From: Macrostomum lignano
Lineage: Eukaryota
Length of the DNA: 54,507 nucleotides
Assembly (NCBI GenBank): GCA_002269645.1
Contig: NIVC01000429.1
Location: 1-54,507, forward strand
Reading direction: 5' to 3'
A model generated the notes under the pieces. That model was not told where the DNA came from, did not search any database, and worked only from the letters and a program-made list of their open reading frames with translations. A program made the position numbers and the translations under genes. Positions 46,601-54,507 of the stretch are shown here, piece after piece. The first letter of the stretch is position 1. Every line of letters begins with the position of its first letter.

Positions 46601-46630
46601 GTGCACAAGAAGATGACCATCGATATTTGA
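37683..46630 (+). CDS. PPP3R1: Calcineurin B, regulatory subunit of PP2B; exons 37683-37911, 41480-41589, 46460-46630 (169 aa)
   Basis: [42 protein letters not shown]...[16 protein letters not shown]|[36 protein letters not shown]|[40 protein letters not shown]...KKMTIDI*. Four EF-hands, N-myristoylation Gly2, phases 1 and 0. Confidence 0.97.
38025..38621. mobile_element. Second copy of the 35787-36090 element, with its internal 21-bp repeat expanded to about 19 units (38083-38480, ttttagcgccgcaggcagtca)
   Basis: The shared right part acaaggtgggg..ggacaWagcattggcatg...ttttactgRggggg.catgtccccctg...ccggtggc and the shared left motif atgtacatgact flank the array. Confidence 0.75.
38645..38720 (-). 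mobile_element. tRNA-derived SINE-like head
   Basis: Reverse complement agctcagcaataaacgc...ggttcgattcc, with a clear B box and a degenerate A box. Confidence 0.35.
41612..44965. repeat. 36-bp minisatellite (gatctctgtttctgtgtctgatgcgtcaccgtctct), about 93 units; calcineurin B intron 2
   Basis: Begins about 25 nt after the 41590 donor; source of the 1058-aa and 1182-aa artefact ORFs. Confidence 0.98.
46250..46386. repeat. 39-bp tandem repeat, about 3.4 copies (ctgagctgcagttcactctgctgtgattgggcagcagct)
   Basis: Visible directly, about 75 nt upstream of calcineurin B exon 3. Confidence 0.9.
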
Positions 46631-47659
46631 TCGGATTTTAGCCCCCATCAATCCGCTGATTAGTCAGACAGACTCCCCGTCTCTGGGTGGACAATCAGTG
46701 ATTTGCAGCAAAACAAATCGAAAGATGCTTAGCCATCTCTAGTTTTTTTAAACAAATAAGCACACAACCTTTGTGTCGAATTCATTTACGTAAGTCAAAT
46801 GTTTTACAAATGGATTGCTAATCTAGCCAACATGGTTCAAGGAATAGAATGGATTGTCAATTTCTGTTTTATTTAGGTTTTAGATTAGGCAACTAATATA
46901 TGAGAATACTATATGTTGCTAAAGGCCTGTGGTAGACCAACCAACTCATTTTTGGCTGGCGAGTTCATTAAAGACGTGTTCAATGATAATTATTCTGTAG
47001 AAGAGGCCGCCATTATGTTTAATCGCTTATCAATGTAGATTCGCTGCTTTTGTGCTTGTCTAAAAATTGCGTCTGTCATAATCGGCTCGCGTCAATCATT
47101 AGTTTTCTATTAGTGCTCAAAACCCACCGCAGTTCATAAACTACAGTGAAACACTTGGATCTCAAGGCCTGACCTGATCAAGTCATACGGTTTTTTAACA
47201 AGTGCACTACTTTTAGTAGCTTTTGTTTGTTTTTGATTTTTAGTAACTTTTTGCATGTCGGCTTTTATTCTCTAAAGCAGTTTATTGAAGCCAACCCGGA
47301 TTTTGATGTTGGTTTTTGAAGGCCACTGACGGGTTTTGTACTTTTAGTATTCAATTTGCGTTGTTCTGGTGCATCACCAAGCACGCTGTATACTGAAACC
47401 AATTTCAAAGATTATAGAGTTTGCCATAGGCGACTCAAACTTTTTCAAAAGCTTTTTTGTAGCAATGCTTTTTACTGTATAGGAAGCCGAATTCTGTTGG
47501 ATTTTAATGCTTAGCAACAATAAAAATGTTGTCTGTTTTCAATATTTTTTGTTTCGTGATAATTTAAACAAGCGCCTGGCTGCAATCTTTTTGTTTAATT
47601 TCGCGAATCAAATCAAATTACATTTTTTACTCAATATATTTAGAAACAGACCTCGCGAA

Positions 47660-48345
47660 TGCACGGGAGGGAAAAGGGAATAGAGAGTGGGGAAGGGAGA
47701 GTGGGGAAGGGAGAGTGGGGAAGGGAGAGTGGGGAAGGGAGAGTGGGGAAGGGAGAGTGGGAAGGGAGAGTGGGGAAGGGAGAGTGGGGAAGGGAGAGTG
47801 GGGAAGGGAGAGTATGGAAGGGAGAGTGGGGAAGGGAGAGTGGGGAAGGGAGAGTGGGGAAGGGAGAGTGGGGAAGGGAGAGTATGGAAGGGAGAGTGGG
47901 GAAGGGAGAGTGGGGAAGGGAGAGTGGGGAAGGGAGAGTGGGGAAGGGAGAGTGGGGAAGAGAGTGGGGAAGAGAGAGTGGGGAAGGGAGAGTGGGGAAG
48001 GGAGAGTGGGGAAGGGAGAGTGGGGAAGGGAGAGTCGGGAAGGGAGAGTGGGGAAGGGAGAGTGGGGAAGGGAGAGTGGGGAAGGGAGAGTGGCAATGGA
48101 GAGTGGGGAAGGGAGAGTGGGGAAGAGAGTGGGGAAGAGAGAGTGGGGAAGGGAGAGTGGGGAAGGAGAGTGGGGAAGGGAGAGTGGGGAAGGGAGAGTC
48201 GGGAAGGGAGAGTGGGGAAGGGAGAGTGGGGAAGGGAGAGTGGGGAAGGGAGAGTGGCAATGGAGAGTGGGGAAGGGAGAGTGGGGAAGGGAGAGTAGCA
48301 ATGGAGAGTGGGGAAGGGAGAGTAAGGAAGTGAGAGTGGGGAGCT
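47660..48345. repeat. 14-bp purine-rich minisatellite (ggggaagggagagt), intergenic between the convergent calcineurin B and GR-like genes
   Basis: About 48 units. Confidence 0.96.
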
Positions 48346-48789
48346 GGAGAGAGTGGTAAAGGAAAGAGATGAAGGCATTGCTTCGCAAGAAGTTTCCGCC
48401 AAACATTTTAGATCTCCTTTTTAGTGCATTATAGTGGATTTGTTCAGCCAAACTGACATTAAAATCATTTCTTCTAGTTAAAAACCCGCGACTAATGGCC
48501 TGTCTGTAATACTTTAAGTAGTGTCACAATTTAACTAATGGGCATCAATTCTTTAAATGTTTCGTTAAGATGTATTACACTGCGACAAAAAAGAGTCGGT
48601 TGAATAAGATATATATTTGTATAGATTAATGGCTGATTTGAACTTCGGACATGCAGAAAATCGAAAATCTAAAATGATTGACTTTACAAAAATCTGGGCT
48701 AGAAACATCGAATCAAAAAGGTCACGTCCAGCCAGTGCATGGATCGAAAAATAAAATAGCGAAGCTCTGGCAGGAGTGATAGCCCTGTT

Positions 48790-51700
48790 TCAAGTGGCCC
48801 AATGGGCGGTTGATAATGTCCAATAGTCCGTGGAGTTGCCCAGTCGAAGACCGTAAGTTGTAGCCACGGTGGGGGTGGCAATGGTCTGGGCCCTCAGCCT
48901 GTCGTCCTGGCCGTATGAGGCGCCCAGCTTCACGAATAGCAGCGTGTAGGAGAGGATCATAGCCGCAATCTGTTGGAGTTGGGGGAGTTGGTAGCATGGG
49001 AAGTCGGTAGTAAGGCTTAATCCCAGGCTCGTTTCGATGTGAAATTTCAAGCTTGTGAATGAAACCGACCCTCCCATCGATCTATTATAATAATCAATAC
49101 TTCGATAACCAAATAACCCAAGAGCCAAGTTTTCTTGTAAAATGCTCTTACTCTACTTAGTTTTGGCGAACCAGTATGATTGCAAACGGCTTTCTAAATT
49201 TTAAGCCACGGCAAGAATTTTTTATTTAGAAAATTTCAAGGCTGTTGGGTTAAGAAGTGAAGCACGTGCGGCGTAAACAACTTGCTATCGGTGCTAGTCA
49301 TGATGTACATTAGCTGAAGCCACTGAAAATGTACATTACTGAGGAAGGCAATAAAAACAATAAAATTGCTTAGACAATTGCATTGAAATGGTTTGCGTGT
49401 GGAAGACGCGGTCGGAGGGGCTGAGATAAGGAAGATCGATAAAAATGAGAGCCAATAGAAAGTGGGGAGGTAGGGTGAAAGAGAGGACAGCATCGTACAT
49501 AGCGATGTGTCCTTTATCGACTTTAATCGAATCCAAGCGAGCGGTCAAGCTAATCCAACTAATTAAACTAATCTTCTGTAATTAAATCCCAAATTAAGTT
49601 GAACATGGAAATGTGTCTAAACTAAAACAACTGGATTCTTTCGACTTGACTTCTGAGCTACTAGCGCATTAAGTAGAGACTAGTGGATAGCTTGAAACGG
49701 GTACAGAAGTGTCATTTAGCTGTTTAAATCGAAACCATCCATGCATTCCAACCCGCACTTACAGTCAGGGTGCTGGTCCTAGACAGAGTGAACAGATTCC
49801 ACGCAGTGAAGCCAATGTTTCCAATTGTCAGCTTGTTGAGAAAGATCATTAGCTGAAGGAGAAAATTGCGAAGCAATATTGATTCGAAACTTAATAAAAC
49901 TGCCGAATACAAATAAGGTTACACGATTAGGGTTTCAATTATAGAGTTAGGGTTAAGGGTTAAAGGGTGAGGTTTAGAATTCGATAGTTTTTTTTTTAAT
50001 CAGAGAGGTAGAGACTTCAGGATTGTAGGAATTATTATACGATAAAATGCTGGCATTGTTTGATTGAAGGCCCGATGCTTTGATAGCAGAGTGGTTCTTG
50101 CATCGCTTCTTTGTTAGCCCAATGAGCAATGACCTCTTAACGATCAGCTGTAGAAATAACACTTTTTTGGTTTATATACCGACTCAGATAAATGACCTTA
50201 CCTGGCTAATCTTGGCTGGATTCACGGCATAATCTCGCAGGTTCATGTCCTGGATGATGTTCAGCGGGGAGCAAGCCTTCAAAGTGAGGTGGTAATGATA
50301 GGTTAATAGTAATCAATAATTTAATAATTTAATAATTTAATGAGTACATATTTCTTACAAAACCTAATGTGCTACATCTATAGATTTAAGCAAAATTGGA
50401 AATTAATTTTATTTATAGAAGGTTGCCAATGAGCCAACGTCGCCGCCAGCGCTGCGCAAGTTAAGCAGAGTTGGCCATGGTTAGTTAGTACGGTGCTTGC
50501 ATCCATCATCAAGGCAGCCACAATCAGCGAGGGACAAGCTGTAGAAACTGCACCCAGCCATCGCGGATGCGCGATTCGCAGCGGGTCGGGCGTATTTCAA
50601 TGACACCTGTTCACTCACCGCCTGGTTGACTTTCGCGGCCGAAATGGTGACGCCGAACAGACGGACCAGAGCAGACAGCAGCCAGAACCAGGCCTGCACG
50701 GCGGACCCATCGTGTGGGTACTGGCCCACCACCAGGTTGTACAGGATGAGGCAGACGCTGAGAACGTCTGTTAGGAACAAAACGAACACGTAGAAGTTAA
50801 ACAGGTCGTCTAGTTTAGTAACCAAGCGACTGATTCGCCAGGACTCAGCCCGGAACTTCTCGATGTCGCCAACAAAGATGTAGTCGTTCGTGCAGGCCAG
50901 ACGCAGCCGGTGGGCCAAGTAACGAAACTCGCGCTCAAAAATCCAAGTGAAACTGCAGAACAGCAGGGCCGGATAGACCCAGGCTGCGGCTGAGAACGCG
51001 CTAAAGATGAACTCCAGGCAGGTGAGAATGCCGCGGCTTGCCTGCGTCCACGGCACTACGAGGGTGTAAGGCCTCATGAACACCCGCAGGAACCCGCTGT
51101 CCGCCCGAGCCACCCACGACAAGTAAGTAGCCAGCTCTAGCACCATCACCAGCGCTCCCACCGCTACCGTGATCTTCGTACGTCGGCTGAGTGCGAATCT
51201 GAGGAAATACATGTGTAAATTAAAGCAGTAAAACGTAGTTTTGCATTACGGTTTAAGTCATCATGCTATCGGATTCTGTACGGATAGCTTTAAGGCCCTG
51301 TGTCTTCATACTATCGGATTCTGTACGGGTAGCTTTAAGGCCTGTCTTCATGATATCGGATTCTGCACGGGTAGCTTTAAGCCTTGTGTCTTCATGCTAT
51401 CGGATTGTGTACGGGTAGCTTTAAGCCTTGTGTCTTCATGCTATCGAATTCTGTACGGGTAGCTTTAAGCCTTGTGTCTTGTGTAAGCTAGTGAGTCCCC
51501 AATTACCTGTAAGCCAGGTTGTGCCGCTTGCCCATAAATTCGTGACACGCCTTGAAGAATCGCGGAAATTTGCCGGAAGCGCGGAACATCACGGAGGTGG
51601 CCACCGCCGTCTGAATATAAATGGCGTGCTGCGTCAGCTTGAAGAACAACAGCGAGTCGAACTTCTCCTGGCCCCAGTCGTAAACGAAGAAGAATCGAAG

Positions 51701-51939
51701 CGGTTGAACCAGGCGGCCAGCAGCACGAGGCCCGAGTAGATGTAGCTGTTGGTGAACTTCGGGGCCGCTCGGCCGCCCTTCTGACGTGTATGGAAAACGC
51801 CGAACAGCTTGAGAACCATGAACAGCGGGTGTAGCGGACTGTAGAGAGACACGTAGCTCCGCTTGTAGTTGGTGCCTTGCTCGCTGTGCCCGATCTGCGC
51901 CAGATCCTCCAGCTGGGAGAGGCTCCTCTGGCCCAACTT
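48790..51939 (-). CDS. Gustatory-receptor-like (GRL / 7tm_7-type) membrane protein; exons 51507-51939 (frameshift near 51702), 50619-51198, 50202-50276, 49763-49852, 48790-48969
   Basis: Multiple hydrophobic helices. GRL-like segments PLFMVLKLFGVF, FEREFRYLAHRL, SRLVTKLDDLFNFYVFVLF, TISAAKVNQA|ACSPL, LMIFLNKL...IGFTAWNLFTL, IAAMILSYTLLFVKL. The last three introns are phase 0. Confidence 0.78.
51260..51480. repeat. About 43-45-bp tandem repeat, about 5 copies (atgctatcggattctgtacgggtagctttaagccttgtgtcttc); GR-like intron 51199-51506
   Basis: Visible directly. Confidence 0.9.
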
Positions 51940-52021
51940 CTGCAGTGAGTGCCGGGCGCTGGACGAGGCAAACTGATAGTCCAGCCGTAGCCGCCCGCTG
52001 GGCCGCCAGCTTTTTATCCAC

Positions 52022-53207
<1,186 letters not shown>

Positions 53208-53499
53208 TGAAATTTATTGTTTTTTAAGCCTACCAGTTTTTCCAAGATATGTCTGATATCAGCTAGCAGCGAGGAGGCCAGTATTTCAGGAGTCCATGGC
53301 AAACTGCTGCACCGCCAAGTCTAAAAGCAGCTAGCCTTAAAATAAATTTAAATGAATTGAATATTGCGCACTTATTCTTGTTATTTATTATTGTCGATTG
53401 ATATAAGAGAGAGATGGGAGAGAATACGCTCGTGGGAATATGTTAGATTATGCAAAATATATGAGATGGAGTAGAGATAGTTGGATCGAAAATTTGAAC

Positions 53500-53875
53500 A
53501 GGTGAGATCAGAGTGAGATCAAAGTGAGAGAAAGGTGAGACATGTGAGATCAAAGTGAGAGAAAGGTGAGACATGTGAGATCAAAGTGAGAGAAAGGTGA
53601 GACATGTGAGATCAGAATTAGATAAAGGTGGGGCATGTGAGATCAAAGTGAGATAAAGGTGAGACATGTGAGATCAAAGTGAGATAAAGGTGAGATATGT
53701 GAGATCAAAGTGAGATAAAGGGAGAGACAAAGGTGAGACGTGAGATCAAAGTGAGAAAAAGTAGGTGAGACATGTGAGATCAAAGTGAGATAAAGGTGAA
53801 ACTTGTGAACTCAAAGTGAGATAAAGGTGAGGTAGGTGAGATCAAAGTGAGATAAAGGTGAGACAGGTGAGACAA
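53500..53875. repeat. About 31-bp degenerate tandem repeat (gtgagatcaaagtgagaKaaaggtgagacat)
   Basis: About 12 units. Confidence 0.88.
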
Positions 53876-54055
53876 GTAAAAAAAAAGCAGCAAAGCAGAG
53901 CTTGCTCTAAAAGGTTAGCAGCTCTTGCAGCTGCTCAACGAAACAGCAACAAGAAGATCTCAAATAGACTAATTAGATTTCTTCACCCTGCTGGTCGGGC
54001 CATCTCCAGAAATGAATTTCTTCGAAGTATTTTAGCGCACACCCCAACCACACAG

Positions 54056-54185
54056 GCGCCACTCCTCAACTTGTTATCGAGCAGCCAATTCGCAAATGGC
54101 TGGCGCCTCGCTTTTCCTTTATCAGTTCGGTCACACAAGGCACTATTGGATTGGATTGGACTATATTGGACAGAGCAGCTGGCAG
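54056..54185 (+). CDS. Possible exon with a C-type-lectin-like motif
   Basis: cacacag| ... STCYRAANSQMAGASLFLYQFGHTRHYWIGLDYIGQSSWQ|gtaatg. Support is limited to CY and YWIGL motifs plus splice-like ends. Confidence 0.2.
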
Positions 54186-54507
54186 GTAATGAATGCAAAA
54201 GGCGACGGAGTCGTGTTTAAAGTCCGCCACGCCGCATTTTGGACCCTCTTGGCAACCGCTATCCCTCTGAGGCTGACCAAGATACGAGATAAAACTCAGC
54301 TAAACGCTCAAGGTGCAAAGCGAGATCGTGACCTGAAGGAGTCGTCTTGAGCCCACCGTCTGTTCGGAATCCAGAGCTACCTGCAGCTGCGACCATCCCA
54401 TTGAATTGAGTAAGCCTTAGTTTCGTTAATTGCTAGTTTAATTTCAGTGGCAGCAAGCGCAGCACATTGAAAACAGAACTGGTGCTAACCAGCCAACAAA
54501 CCAGTTA

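Noticed and set aside
49925-49970. Interstitial telomeric repeats (ttaggg-like), also TTAGGG within each 24-bp unit at 11.4-12.6 kb
   Set aside because: Only 2-4 degenerate, non-contiguous hexamers here, and single hexamers per unit in the array; compatible with chance.

Overview
Eukaryotic (animal) genomic DNA. GC-rich, poly-Ala/Gln-rich exons separated by minisatellite-filled introns suggest a free-living flatworm such as Macrostomum; this is inference from style, not a database match. Hand-spliced, phase-consistent gene models: (1) + strand multi-exon gene of unknown function, 414-3539, 5'-partial, with a GC-AG intron; (2) + strand single-ORF RA-RA-PDZ protein, 4613-6892; (3) - strand choline/ethanolamine kinase, 9282-19896, with two alternative N-terminal exons; (4) - strand ANKRD6/diversin/Diego-like ankyrin gene, 21755-29472; (5) + strand low-complexity exon with a YAP/FAM181-type TEAD-binding motif, 33396-33923; (6) + strand calcineurin B, 37683-46630; (7) - strand gustatory-receptor-like gene, 48790 to about 52990, with three phase-0 3' introns and apparent frameshifts. 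About 20 different tandem arrays (units 14-116 bp) make up roughly 19 kb, about a third of the window by hand estimate. Most sit in introns and each is private to its intron. Three arrays share a GGGCGATTCYCA core, and one has clearly grown from the internal repeat of a small TIR element present nearby in unexpanded form. tRNA-derived SINE heads and a non-LTR retrotransposon 3' fragment are also present. Almost all long ORFs in the supplied track are repeat artefacts. No CRISPR, rRNA or intact tRNA genes were seen.
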